A stretch of 64,000 bases of DNA from Vicugna vicugna. Lineage: Eukaryota. The position numbers were made by a program, and so were the translations under genes. This document shows positions 14,464 through 28,300 of the stretch, in pieces. The notes below the pieces were generated by a model. The model was given only the letters and a program-made list of their open reading frames with translations, was not told the DNA's origin and did no database searches. Numbering within the stretch: position 1 is the first letter of the stretch; each line of letters starts with the position of its first letter. Location: positions 4,165,308 through 4,229,307 of the forward strand of contig MU061578.1 in NCBI GenBank assembly GCA_013265495.1. Direction: 5' to 3'.

Positions 14464-16145
14464 ATGCAAACCTCTCACCACAGTTTAAGACTTGTTTTAT
14501 CCATAACACTGCCACGCAGTAGAAGGAATCTGGCCTGTTCTCTCGCAGTTTCTGTGGGCTGGCAATAAGGGAAGGGTTGATGCACTGCAGAGGTCGGTGG
14601 GGGTGCAGCTGTGGGTCTCTTGTGCCCTCACCGTGTTTCTGTTCAGAAATCCACACTCCCACAGACCATGAACACTGTGGCCACATAAGGGCAGGTCGAC
14701 GATTGGCAGAGTAAGAGGGGGAAAGTTCACTGGCTTAAAAAAATTCAGACTGGCTTACTTTTTTCCTGTAGAAAAGTCTTCAACCTACTGGCCAAGTGCT
14801 TGGTGGGCTACAGAACGCCTTTACAATACCAGCCTGGCTCAGACCACCCTGGGCCTAACTCCAGGAGCAGGCTCAGCTGTGACCCCCAAATGAACAGAAG
14901 CACCAAAGAGCTGCACCTCAGGGCCCAAGACAAGGTCGGGGCTGCCAGGACATACCTGTGAGGACAGTCCTCCAACAGCGCCAGCCTGGGGGACCCCATG
15001 CCACCTGGCGGCGGGAATCACTGCCACCTTTTTCCAGCCCAGGAAACCGTGGGGGGGGGCACCGTGTAAGGCCGGTAGAGGTGGGGAGGGCCCAGCTGCC
15101 TCCCCCATACCAGGCCGACCCTCTGAGAAACATATAGCTTTGCTGTTTTCAACCTTCCAGACAATGTGCGGTGACCAATCTGGAATCTGGAGCCCATGCT
15201 GCCCCAGGAATTTGTTTTCAGTCAGAGAAAATGATGGATCGAGTTGGTGCTTTAAAAAAACATAAAGTAACTGAGGACGACTCACAAGCATAGCCAGCCT
15301 GACCAGGACGATAAACACAGCACAGCACAGACGGTACAGCCGGCACACTGAGGGGGCGGGGCGCGCAGGGCTGGTGGCCTAAGTAATATTATGTATACGA
15401 CTACACAGACGTACGCTGAAGTTTTAAGCCTGGCCGTGTGCTCACTTACCATCTGTGATCGTGCTTCTATTAAACAGAAAGAGCCACCAGCCATGCTTCA
15501 CTTCCCCAATTAAGAGCCTCTTGTCCACTGGCCCGTGGGGAAAGGCCCTCTGCTTTAGACACAAGACCAGGAGCACATACTCTTCTGAAACTGTCACTGC
15601 AGTCGAGGGGCCAGCTCAGGGCAACTTCACTTCCCACCTTCCTCCTCCCACTTTAGTTTCATTCTTTAATAGTTTTTCTACCCTTTGGCAATTAAAATCT
15701 ATTGAATGCTCTTGAAAAGTTCTCAATTGTCCCAGAAACAGAGAGGAAGCTGCTTGTAGACAGCCTGTGACTGAAAACTTTTCTTAAGAGCAATTTTCAT
15801 TGCATTTTTGCCTGCCATTTTGAGTGTTTACTATCAAAATCTTTTTCTGTTTAGTACAATTATTCCCAGAAATTCAGGTATTGTAAATATTTAGTGACTA
15901 CAGAACTTTCAACTAAGAAATGTCCAGACACTCTAAAATAAATCCAAACAACTAGATTACAGTCTGCAAGGCTCGAGCAAAGCAAGCGGGCGCCCAGATG
16001 CACCTGGGCTTCCACCAGCACTGGCCTTTTCTTGAGTGAAAACTTACGAAACACACACGACAGCCAAGAGAGTCAGGGATAGGGTGACTTGCAGGGGAGG
16101 AAGGGCTCTGCGGGCGGCTCACACCTCAGCGGATGGAACCCTCAC

Positions 16146-16345
16146 CTTTTGATGAGCCTGATGGACCTGAAGGCTTCGTCCGTGTCCCCGGCAGCGAGGA
16201 AGAAGCTGAAGCGGAGCATGGTGTCTCGCGTGGGCTTGTCACAGTCCTCTAGCCCCACAAAGTACCGCAGGGGCCTCTTGCCCACCGTCTGGGGGATGCG
16301 GTGGGACCCAGGATCCTCCTGGTCCTCTCCATCCACTTCTCCAGG
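16146..16345 (-). CDS. IFT140: IFT140 exon 19 (human numbering)
   Basis: ttgttcag|[37 protein letters not shown]...IRLIK AG|GTGAGG; 200 nt. Confidence 0.93.
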
Positions 16346-19300
16346 CTGAACAACAAAGGGCACCGTTTATTTAAGATCCTGTGACCCAGAGCCTGCCCTG
16401 GGCCTGGGGAGACACGACAGCAGTGGGCAGCTCCCCCTGCACACAGACCCCAAGTTCAGCAATACTCTCGGCAAATGCAACATAAGCCTGTAGGCCACTC
16501 GAGGTATCAGAGCTCCGGGACCTGGTTTCCAACAGCGGTGAGCAAAGGCCATATGTGTGCAGGGCCTTTCAGCCTCTAACCCTACTGACATCAACCTCTC
16601 AAACAATGAAAATCCCCGCCTCCCAGCTTGCCTGTAAACTTCCTAGGAAGAGCTTTTACTATCAAGTCAGACTTGTGTACATGTGTGTAGGGTGTTAAAA
16701 ATTAATGCCAGCATCATTTTAGAATTTTCAAAAATGTAAGCTGGGCTAGGCGTGTGCCCTCCCCTGGTGTTTCTCAGAAGAATCGTCACTTAGTGCAGTG
16801 CTCCCCCAACACCCTGGGTGGAGGAAGGGTGACTACCGTCCCACACGAGCACAGATTTAGAGCGCGCTGTCTGGGCCACGCCTTCTGTACCAGCCACGGC
16901 CGCTGAGCATCCTCAAGTCAGCTTCCCTCCTCCCGGCTGGATGCAGCTCTACACCCACCACCCACTTCTGGGCTAGGCCCGCACACACCACCCTCTCCTC
17001 CCACATTGCCAGCTCTCTCTGCGGGGGTCCATCTATCTGAGGTACACATGCCCCTCAGTGTAGAGAGGAGTCATGACCCACCCTCCTCCATCCCAGCTCC
17101 CCCCACCCCTGCCCATCTGTTGCATATCTGCTGGGACTTTGACTCCTTCACCTTTCCTCTGGCTCAGTCTCCAGCAGCCCCTCTGTGTCACTGATCTTTC
17201 TGAAGTTCAACTTTAGGCCTGTGCCTTGAAATCCCGTAGGATCTGTCCGGCCCAGGTGTGGATGGTGAGACCCCTCAGGGCATAGAGCAGAGTGCAAGCA
17301 GGGCCCGGATGCAGTCTGGTCCAGGGCACCTTAAACTCAGTGTTTGGGGCTGAATGTGGCTGGGTCACACAAAGTAGGAAACTGAGTGCTCAAGTTTGGA
17401 CTGCTTTGGCACCAAGTGGGAAACCTTCCCAGAACATGGACACACAAAACTACGAGGCAGCATCCTGACCTCTGTCAACCTTTCTGTGGCTCTGGTGTCT
17501 GGTTCTAACTGGAGTCCTTCTCGCTGCGGCATATACAGGAACTGTGGCAGAAACGAGAGCACCTGTGGTCATAGCTCACCACGCTGCCTGCCCATCTCTT
17601 GAGGGAGCAACAGGGCCACAGGGCTGTTCAGCCCACACCACACCCGCACGCGTGCAGACGGGAACCTCAGGATGCCGGGCCGAGGGGCGTGGACGCTTCA
17701 GAGAAGCACACACTGTGTGGCCACTCCTCTCACACACTTAGACGTCAAATAAATAAGGCTCCCTCTGTTGCAAACACAGGTAAGTGAACTTCCTCTTGTT
17801 CTTCAAGTGTCAGGTGACAGACTGTTCGTGTCGCCCCAGCAAGGAGCTGACCCCATGCCAGGCCCCCGAAAAACCTCAGCCAAGGGGGCGAGCAAGGTGG
17901 GAGCCATCAGCGCACAGACAACCGGTGCTTAAAGTAAAGAAAAACATCTTGGGAAAATGGCAAAGCTCAGGTAACAGGCAGCCGAGTGGGAGCAGCACAC
18001 ATGCCCCTTCTGGGACAACAGCTCTGAGAGCCAAGGGGAGGACGAGGCACAGACGGTGGGAAACAAGCCCACAAGAAGGAACTTAAACACTTCCACTATG
18101 TTTCAAGTGTCAAATCAAAGAGGAATGAAAACGCAAAAAAGTACTAAATATGACTGAAATTCAGAAAAATCCTGGCCTGGTGGCACTAATCTATTTAGAG
18201 GAGGGGATTCAGAAAACTTTGCTGTTTTCTGACCTGAAGGCTGGTGATGCTGTTTCATGTGGTGGCCCGACTCGTGGTCTCGGGGTGGGCACACAGCACG
18301 AGGGCCCCAACCCAGCCAGAGACACATAGACCCATGCTGCTTGCCCCAGGACGGTCACAGAGCAAAGAGTAGACAACCTACCCTGGGCCTTCGCGCCAAC
18401 CTTGTCAGTGGGTGACAGCCCTGGGAGCCAAGAGACCTGTGTTCTGGGTTCTCACCAGACAGCTGATCACACAGGCAGGAGGCCTCTGCTCCTGGGCTGG
18501 CAGAGACGGCCAAGCTCAGACACACATCTGCCATCTCTGGGGGTCCTCTGGGGTCCACCCCCCCACCTTTGGCTACAAAAGTAACACTGGCTAATTGCAG
18601 AAAATACAAAGTTCCCATATAGGGTTGATTTTTAAGTCACCTTATGTTAAAAGGCAAAAAAATTCAAGTGAAAATCTACACAGTTCAATCCTCCCCTCTG
18701 ATGTAACAGTAGAAATAGAAATGGGAGTGAAGATCACAGAGCTGATGAGGGGAGGTGTCTGCAGATTTTCCGAGAATAAAAGCAGCATCAGCTGGTGTGT
18801 CCCCGATCCCGCAGGACGGAAGGTGTGAATGACAGGCTCCTCTGTGCACCTGTGAATCCACAGGTGGTGTGGGTGCCCGGCTGAGAACAGGTCACTTAGC
18901 CAGGGTTTCAGCTGGTCTGCACCGCGCTTGCCACCCCTCCACAGACACACGACCACACTGATCAGCAGAGCATTTCAGCGCCAGAGGGTGGCTGATTTCA
19001 GATCTAGAAGGGACCATGGAGACGTGGAGACCAAGTCCTAGGGAGGCAAAGAACTCGTCCAAAATAACCTTGTTGGGGTCCTATGTGCTGAAAATGACCC
19101 CATTCAATCAAAAGTTAAAGACCACACCTGTGTACGTAACATGCAAATACGTAGGTTAAGGACAGAAACCTCCTGAAAGACTGCCCGCCAGCCTTTCCCA
19201 GTGACCACCTCTGAGGGCTGGAACCACAGAGATTTACATCATCTTTGGTCTTTATTTGCAGTTTCTAAACTTCCTACAGTGAGTAAGAATATGTAATTTT

Positions 19301-22300
19301 TAAAAAGCAGCTAGAATAACAAAAAAAGACAGGAAAGGTGAGGGCAAGGCGCTTTGGCGGGATGCTTGCAGGGAGCCCCTCACCAGCACTGCTACCCGTC
19401 ATCCCGAGAGCAAAGCCTGCCTGCAACATCCCCACAGGAGACATCGGATCTGCTGGGATCTCAGGGGACAAATTAGGGCAGGCGGTTTGCCTTGTTTAAT
19501 GAGAGCCCCCGGTGAGGGGGGCAGGGCACCCGAGAACAGGGCTACACGCACATGCCGAGGGCTCCCACCTTTCTTGTGAAGTAATAGTGGGGCACTTGGA
19601 GTCCCAGGAGTGTCTGGAAGGCAGGAGGCCGGGGGAAGCTGTCTTGCAACAGGAAGCCGTGCTCTTCAGAGATGAAGAAGGATAAGACCAACACGTCTGC
19701 CTGCAGAGGGAGACATGCCATCTGAGCTGAGCAGTAACTGTCCTGTTCTGCATCCAAGCCCATTTTCATTGCCGGGACATTGATGAAAGTTGCTGAGAAA
19801 GCAGGAGTGAACCACTTGTCCACAGATAGCCTGCTTCCTCCTTAGGGCGCACGGTGACCACATCAGGCCCAGCTGGGGTCTGATGCCCTCCCGGAGGATG
19901 TGCCTCGTTCAGCCTGAGAACTGCCAGACCCATCTCACTGATCTTGTGGTGGACACCCGGGCTGGTGAATGAAACTCAAGCACTCCCACGTTTCAAGAGT
20001 TACGCCTTCAGCTGCTCTCCTCTGACATGGAGATTCTGTCTGTTGTTGGGGCCTGGGGAGGGTGCAACGGAGAGGCTGCAGCCCCTCTGCCCAGGAAATG
20101 CAGCAGAGGCTGAGGGGGGCAGAGCCTGTCCCTGCTGCGTGAGTTCCAACAGGGTCTCACCCTCTTTACAAAAGACCAGGGGAAGGACATGCCCTCACCA
20201 TCCACTCATGGGTCCCCAGACCCCTGGATATCTCTCACCCCTCAGTGTTTCAGAACCAAGGCCTGGATTTGCTTCTGAGAACCTCAGGGTGTGGAAACCA
20301 ACTGCTAGTAACCTCAGGGGCTCCAGACTCTTACGTCCTAGAGGGAAATTCCTTTGGCAGGGAGACAAGTCAAGCTTTAGGAGTGGCGGGGCTTGGCTGA
20401 CTGACTGAGGACCTACATATAATCCTCTCAGAACGAGGTGGGTTCAGAGAGACACATACGGCCTCCGGGCTTTCCCAGGGATCTCTGGAAGTCCCACAAG
20501 ACTTGAGACTTGGAAAGAATCGGACTCCTGGCCCTATGAGGGGAGATGGGGCATCAGTTGGGGAGAGAGGCCCCCAGGGCCAGGAAGGGTGAGGGCGGAG
20601 GGCAGGGACCAAGGCAAGGAGGCCGATTGTTTCAGGGAACAAATGTGGAGTTGGCCCCTACAGGACATGCTGACATTGAGGGGTGAGTTCAGGTTACCTG
20701 TTTTGATCAAGAGCTATCCCCAAGAGAGAAAATGGCACGTGAGCCCAGCAGGGAGACATCCCCAGGCACCGGGGTGGGCACTTGCTTCCCTGGACCCATT
20801 CCCTGCAGCTCCCCCATGAACCCCACTGGGAAGATGGGGTGCTGCTGTGACACTGCATCTAAGCATGATCGCGACAGTGCTGATACCGTGGGGCCTGAGC
20901 CGTCCTGGGCCACGGACTTCCTGTCTGCGGGCTGTGGTTGGGAGCCTGGCACCTCCCACATGGCTTCGCACACGAACAGCGTGGGCTCGCTCTGGTCCCA
21001 GAAGTGGCTCATGGGAACCAGATCTGTCAGCCTCTCATCTGCGAGGGCCTGGCTCCTGCAAGAGAAACACAAGTCCCTGTGCCTGGAAGGGCTGTGAACT
21101 CAGCCTTCATGACTGGCAGGTGGGGCTCCATCAGCTCCTACAGGCGGAGTCTGTGAGGCAGCTGTCTGCCCTGGTTCTCTCAGACTGGACATGACTGCCA
21201 AACAGTCTGGCTGGAGAGAGCGGGTTTGATGTTGTAGCCCTGAGGCTCCATGGGGGTCCTGATGACCAGCAGTGGCCCTTCCCAGGCCCAGCAGGCGGAT
21301 CTCATGGGGCCAGGGTGCCCAGCAGTCTGGCCAGTTCCCTCCCACCTCTAAAACTCCACGTTTCATGGCCCCAGAACTAGATGTGGTACCACAGGGAGAC
21401 AAAGGGGTTGGGCAGCACAGAAGGATCAGGTCTCAAAAGAGGGCAGGTGCCTGACGGAATACCGTGCGCCTCCTCTGACCGCCACCCGGAAAAGTGTGAC
21501 AAGCCCAGATGAGCTCCATGTGTGGGGGTGGCTGGGCAGGAGCCCTGGACCCGACCCCCCAGGATACCAGTAGCCCTCACAGGTGTCACCAAGTCCTACA
21601 TGTCCTGCACCTGGACCAACAGGAAGACGGCAGGTAGATAGGTGTTCCCTGGTCTCCCTCACTGGCCTGGCCAAAGGTGTAGGTAGATACAAGGTTGTGA
21701 CCTTGACAGAGAGTCACGGGGTAAGCATGAGTCTGGGAGACATTTTCAAAATGAGAAAAACTGGGGATGAGAGTCACAGGTGGTGAGAGTTAAAGGAATG
21801 GTCAGTTCGAGGTTTTGGACCAGGTGACAAGGACAGGGCTCTGAGGGTTGAGGCCAAGTTAGGGTCGATTTCAAGATGACAGCAAGAAACTCAAGGGGAC
21901 GTCTGAAGACAGAGAAGTGGGGCTGAACTTGTGAGAAGGGGAGACAGCTGTGTTCTGGTGGGGCCACCAACAGGTGTGCTTTTAAGCCACCAGAAGAAAG
22001 AAGGTTCTAGAGAAGATTCTAGGAGGGGGAGATCCCGTGGGTAAGGCTGGATGGGAAGGGGGCTGCAACAGGAGCAAAGGGGGCAGGACATCAAAGGCAG
22101 GCCCCGCCCCGCCCTGCCCCGGTGGCCCCAGGGCTGCTCTGCACTCCATCAGTGGGGCAGTCTGAGCACTTAAACGCTATGTCTCCTTGGTGCACATGTA
22201 GTACCTCAACTCCCTAAAGAAGGATCCCTGTGTTTTCAGAAAGAGTCTCTCCACCCAGACAGATGCCCTCCCTCCGGCTCTCTGCCCATGATATGGGGCT

Positions 22301-25300
22301 GCCCTTGAGGACACCTGGGTCACACTCTTCAGAAGTTCAAGTTCCCAACTGGTGACTCCAGAATCTCAGAGCCTGGAAAACAGAGACTAGAGACTCAACT
22401 CCACCCCGACTGCCCAGGGAGTTGGCTGGTTTAACCTCTAGTTTCCACCACTAGTAATCCCTGTGCTCTCCTGAGTGTGAAGAAAACTTAGGGACAAACT
22501 GCCTCGAAGCCAACAAGTTACTGAGTGTCAGTCTCAATGTTTTTCTCAACAAAACCCTCCCAAACCACCATCTTACTTCTTAGTCTCCTGCCCATTAAAG
22601 GGCAACATCTCTCTCTGATCAATCTGTCCCGTCTTGAAGTCAAGGATGGTCACCGTGTCCATTTCCACGTCGTAGAAGCAGATTCTGGAATCAGGGCTGT
22701 TGTCAGCCTGGGGAGGAGAGAGCTGGAGCTCGGGGACCGGCCCGCGGACACACCGCTGCCTGGGAGAGACACCGGCATCCTGCCCCTGGCCACTCCCGCG
22801 CCTCCCCCCGGTCGTAGTTCAACCGTCAGCTTACCTTCATCCCACTGAAACAGTTGTGCGAATACTACTTTATAGGTTCAGAAAACCGAGGACAAGTTCT
22901 CAGACTGTGGAGGTCGACCAGGACTTAGACAGCTGTTCTCAGGGTGGACCTGAGTGTGATGCCCTCCTACCTGGGGTGGGTGAACCCTGGGAACGGGGTG
23001 GGGGGACTGGGGTTCTGCCAAACCAAGTCTCTCACGGGTGAATAAAAGTCAAGTCAACGCCATAGGGAAGCTTCAGAAAAGCTGAGAAAAGGGAACCAAT
23101 TTGGTTGTTGGGGCAAAGTGCCAAGAACTCAGGTAGGCTGTTAAAGCTTTACTCCCACAGATTGCGGATGCTAAAGGGATGTGCTTGCTTAAGAAAACAA
23201 AGGAAAGAAAAGAAAAGTTGCCAATACCTTAGACAAAAGAAGATACTGCAAGCTTAAGAGCAGTGGAAGAAACCACAAACTAAAACCATCAACAGGTCAA
23301 ATATAACAAAAAAGCGAGCTTCTAGTCATCACAGTTCCACAAGCAAAATGACAAACAAAGCAGCATCTGGGACACGAAAAACTGTCAGAGACTCAGTGTC
23401 CACCCGAGACCCCTACCCTCAGCTGCAAGAATAGGGGCTCCAACTGTCCTCCTCCTCCTGTTCCTTTAAGCACTGTGGCTAGACACTGTCTCTCCTCCCC
23501 AAAGCCCACTGCCCTGGGGAGTGCCAGTGAGGCCGGGGAGCTATTTTTCACTGTGAGACCCCTTATGCTTGCTGAACTTCCTCTTTGATTTTTTCTTTCA
23601 CTAGGGCGAGCATTTCCCGACCCTGCTCTGAAAGTTGGGTTCCCCCAAGCTGGCTCTGCTCTTGAGACTCAGGCCTCTGGAGACAGTGGTCGCTGGGCAC
23701 AGTTCCTGATTCTCAGCTGCGTCCACACCCAGCATGGTGGAAAAGGCCCTTCAAAGGACTGCCCAGGACCTCCTGTGCCACATCCTGGATGCCCTCCCCA
23801 CTGCCAGTGAGCCCCAGGTCCCGGCCTGTGCACGTATATCTGGGCACTGTCCCAGCCACTGAAGTGATGAGTAGCCAGGACTGCCCGGTATACAGTGTCT
23901 GCCTGTCCCCTCACCATCAACCCGGCTACCCCAACCCCCTCGGCCTCCCCAGGTCCACCCTGCTCCTTGGGCTGGAGGACCCTCACCTCCAGCCAGACCT
24001 CCCTGCTGAGAACTGGACTTGTGTCTAAATACCCACTGGCCGCCCCTTCAACGCCTTAAATCCAACAACTGAACTTTTCAACCCACATCCAAAAGGCTCC
24101 TCATCCAGTTCCCTTCCTGCCTCCCCCAGTCCAGCCCCTCGCCAGTATGGCTGCAAGGGGTCCCAAATGGTGCTTCCGCTGTGTGATGGCCCACTGACAA
24201 CATGGCCCACTCCTCGCCCCCTGTGAGGGACTGCTGACCTGAGTGAGGCCATGCTTCTGCCACGGGCTTACTCTCTGGTGCCTCAACAGGGCTGTGCCCC
24301 CACCCCTCACCCACCTGGCAAGTCCAGAGCTTGGCTCAACCTCCACCTTCCCTGGAAGCCTCCAGAACGGCCCGATAGAGATTCCACCTGCTGCTGCCTT
24401 CCACCCCCGCACACTTGTCCTCCTGGCTCTCACCAGGGGTGTGAAAGTTCACTAGGACCAAGTCTGCTCATCCCCAGGGGAGGAGCCAAGCCCCATTTAA
24501 CCCACCAGTTTGTGTCTACAGTGCCAGCAAAGCGTCTGGTACACGGAGGGCGACCCTCTTGAATGCTGAGCGAGTGGGTAGGTGGGAGCGGGAACAGATT
24601 GCTGGGTGGGAAGGCACCAGCTCCTCCCACCCGGCCACCTGGCCACCGGCCTCCTTCATACCCATGACCTCCTAAGACTCAAGTCTCTCTAAGCAAGAGG
24701 CTTGAAGGTCCTTTCCACGGTCCTGTCACCCCTTGTGCCCAGAGAATTAAGTTGGGCGACGGAAAGAGGCAGAAAAGAGAAGAGGTGAGGGGCTCTGCAG
24801 AGCAGAAACCACTGCTTCTGATGAAACAGGACGTGAAGGAAGGTGGGGAGGCAGAGGAGACCCAGGTGAGAGGGGAGGCTGGGGTAGAGGCCCTGAGGGG
24901 AGGGACCCACCTTGCTGAGGAGGATGCTGATCTTGCTGCCGCTGGCGTTGCCCCTGAGCGACATCATGCCGCCCGCGCCTGGAACCAGCTCGGCCAGGCT
25001 CTTGCAGCTGCAGTGCGCCTTCGCTTCTCTGCGGGGAGGGATGCGGCCTCAGCGGGTGGCAGGTGGCAGTTCTCCACCTGGAACCTGAGCCAACCGGACA
25101 GCTCCACTCGGGGTCCAGCTGCTCTCACCTCGCATACAGGAGACCCGGGAAACGAGCCGAGCTCATGACCCAGCGTGGGTTTTTTATTTAAAAATTTTTT
25201 TTGTCGAGGTTCAATTGACACATACGTTATATTAGTTTCAGGTGTACAACTTAACAGTCTGACGTTTGAGTGGGTGAGTTTAAAAGTTCTGTTTTAATGA

Positions 25301-28300
25301 ATAAGCATGAATATGTATTCCGGCCTCACACAGGAGTAGTTTATTTAAGAGCTGCGTCCTCCCGACAGCATGATCGGGCCGGGGCAGGGGATTCTGCTCC
25401 CTACACTTTGTTAGAGCTGTGCACTCTTCCACTGTGTGCATAAACTAACATTTATTTAACTAGCCCTCTGTTTAATAGTTTCTAGTTTGTTGCCATTATA
25501 AACAACACTGGTATGTAGTGGTAGCTCATTGTGGGGGTTTTTTCTTTTCTTTTTTTTTTTTTAACTTTATTCACATTTCCTTACTTTCCCCCTAGTGTCC
25601 TCTTTCTGTCTCAAGCCTCTGTCCAGGCCCCTCGTGACATTTAACTGTCTTGTCTCCCTGGGCTCCTCTGGGCTGGGAGACTGATTCTTGGACTCCAGGC
25701 TCATCTTGTGTGTTTCCTGCCTCAGTTCCGCTAGCAGTCCCAGAATCATTTCTCAAAGGAGACTGGGTCCTTTTACTGGAGGACTAAGAGACCCCAATCT
25801 AGGCACGGGGTGTGCTTGCTGCTCTTGGGGTGTCATCGCCCCCAGACACCCTCAGCTGATACAGCGAGGATGTGTTTTGTGTACTAACTGGTGTGTATAC
25901 ACATATCCATGATATCTTTATGTGCATCCATCTGCATCTACATGTGGCTAAACACGGCCTCAGACTCCAGTCTCCACCATCAGAACAGGGGGCCCTCCAG
26001 GCTCCACCCCTGCTGACCTGGAACCTCTCGCCCAACAGTGAGAAGCCCCACTCCCACGGCAGTCACTGGATGGCAATGTGGGAACCACTCCCTGCACCCT
26101 GTGGGGACTGACTTCATTAACAGAGCGCGTGCCAAGAGCAGGGACCCAGGCAGCACTGGGTCCCCAGGGAGGCAATGTCACAAGTTTGTGACTTCGTGGG
26201 TTGTCCTGCCACCATCTGCACTCCAACCTGAGATCCCCTAACCTAATAGATTTTTTAAACTTGCAGACACTAAGGCTCACTTTGTGCTGTAAAGCTCTAC
26301 AGGCTGTGACAGATGCTCTGTGTCATGTGTCCATCACACAGTGATGCCGCTCCCTTCCCCACCACACAAAGATTAAGAATCTAAACCAAGACTTCACAGG
26401 GAAATATACAAAATGTTATGATAAATCACAGAGAAAAAAATGTGACAATGAGTGTGTATATGTCCATGAATGACTGAAAAATTGTGCTGAACACTGGAAT
26501 TTGACACAACACTGTAAAATGATTATGAATCAATAAAAAATGTAAAAAAAAAAAAGAATCTAAACCAAGACTTGAGGTATTTCAAAAAAGTAAGTGGCAC
26601 GTTAATGTTGAAATGAGCACATAAACAGTTTGCTGCCTCCTCTCCATTTTCTACCCACCACATGGTCTGACTAGTTTAAAAAATGTAATACTTTTATTTG
26701 GACAAAGACTGTACCTTCGGGAAAGATCAAAGCTTTTAAAGTGAGCCAAGTCTGTCCCTACAACCAGGAAATTTCCACAGATGTCAAAGAAGCATGGGTT
26801 TCCCTCCATCTTGGAGAACAGCAGGAGTTGTTTCACAGTCCCCTGAGGAAACAGAAGAAGCAGGGAATTCAGGGGAGCATTATTTAGAGGGCCCTGCACT
26901 CTGCTGGATTCCCACACCACACGGGGAAGACAGGGCCCTGCCCTTGGAGGATCCCTGGTTCTGACAGTCAGAGAGAGAGACAGCAGGCAGGTGAATAAGC
27001 AGGTACCCACATGACTCCACCTGAGCAAGTGTAGACAAGTGATGGACAGGATGCTAAAACAAAAACTACCAAGGGCAGTGAGATGGGGAATTCCATCCAC
27101 TTGTGTTGGTTCCAAAGGGCTGCCTGAGAGGTCTTATATTAACTTCCCTGATAAAACGGACTTTGCTGCTTGCGTGTCTAAGTGGTCACCTTTCGGGGAG
27201 GCCATGAGTGAAAGGGATGGTGATCACATTACAGGTACGTTCCACCTGTGAAAACTCACTGAGCTGTATGCATGACATGCCTGCTTTCCTGTGTGTACAT
27301 CATGCTTCAATAAATGCTTGAGAAATGGGTCTTGTCTAGGGGGCAATACACGAACTGAGACTGGGGAGAAGGAAACAGTGATCTGGAGAGCCGAGCCTGG
27401 CATTGCAGGAAAGAACGCATGGGGGCCAAGGGGCGTGCACTGAGGTGGGCAGTAAGCAGAGGCCACGTGGGGCGTCAGCGCAGGCCAGGTAAAGGGTCAG
27501 ATTTTATTCTATGTGAAGCTGGACAACTAGAGGGTTTTGAGCCACAAGTGATTTCAAATCATTTATGTTTCAAAGTGTCGCCCCCACCTCAGCTCCCACG
27601 TCTCTGTGGGTCACTGTGTTAGACAGCAGGAAGCACGGGAAAGAGTGGAGCTCTGCGCTTCCCCTGGAAGGCAGCCCGAAGAGAACTTCAAAGTGCACGA
27701 CGGCTGTCTCACTGCCACACACACCAGCAACAACCGCAGTTTGCGTGTCCCGGCCGCATGGGCAGGGAGAAAGGTCTGGAGACACACTCCAGCTTTCCAA
27801 CCGGAGGAGCGTTGCTAACTGATTCCTTACACAGGCTGCCTTATTTCACTAGTTACAATGGACACATATTCCTTTAGTTAAAAATTAACAAAAAAGATTC
27901 AACTTCAGGTCATCTGCAGTCAGATGCTCCTCATTCCCCTCCGTGGTTCCTATCAGGCCTCTTGCTCCTTCCCAGCAGGCTTCTTATTCTTTCCTAGTAT
28001 GCCCTTTGCCCCTTCCCAGAAAGCTGTTGACCCTTCCCAGCAGGCTTTTCACTTTCCCAGTAGCCTTTCACTCCTTTCCAGCAGGCTCCTTGCCCCTTCC
28101 CAGCATGCTGTTCACTCCGTCCCACTATGCCTTTCACTTCCTCCCAGCAGGCCTTTGGCTCTTTCCCAGTATTCCTTTCCCTCCTTCCCAACATGCCTTT
28201 CATCCTTTCCTACTATGCCTTTTGCCCCTTCCCAGCAGGATTTCCACATTCCCAGAATGCCTTTTGCTCCTTCCCGGCAGGCCTTTCATTCCCTCCCAGT

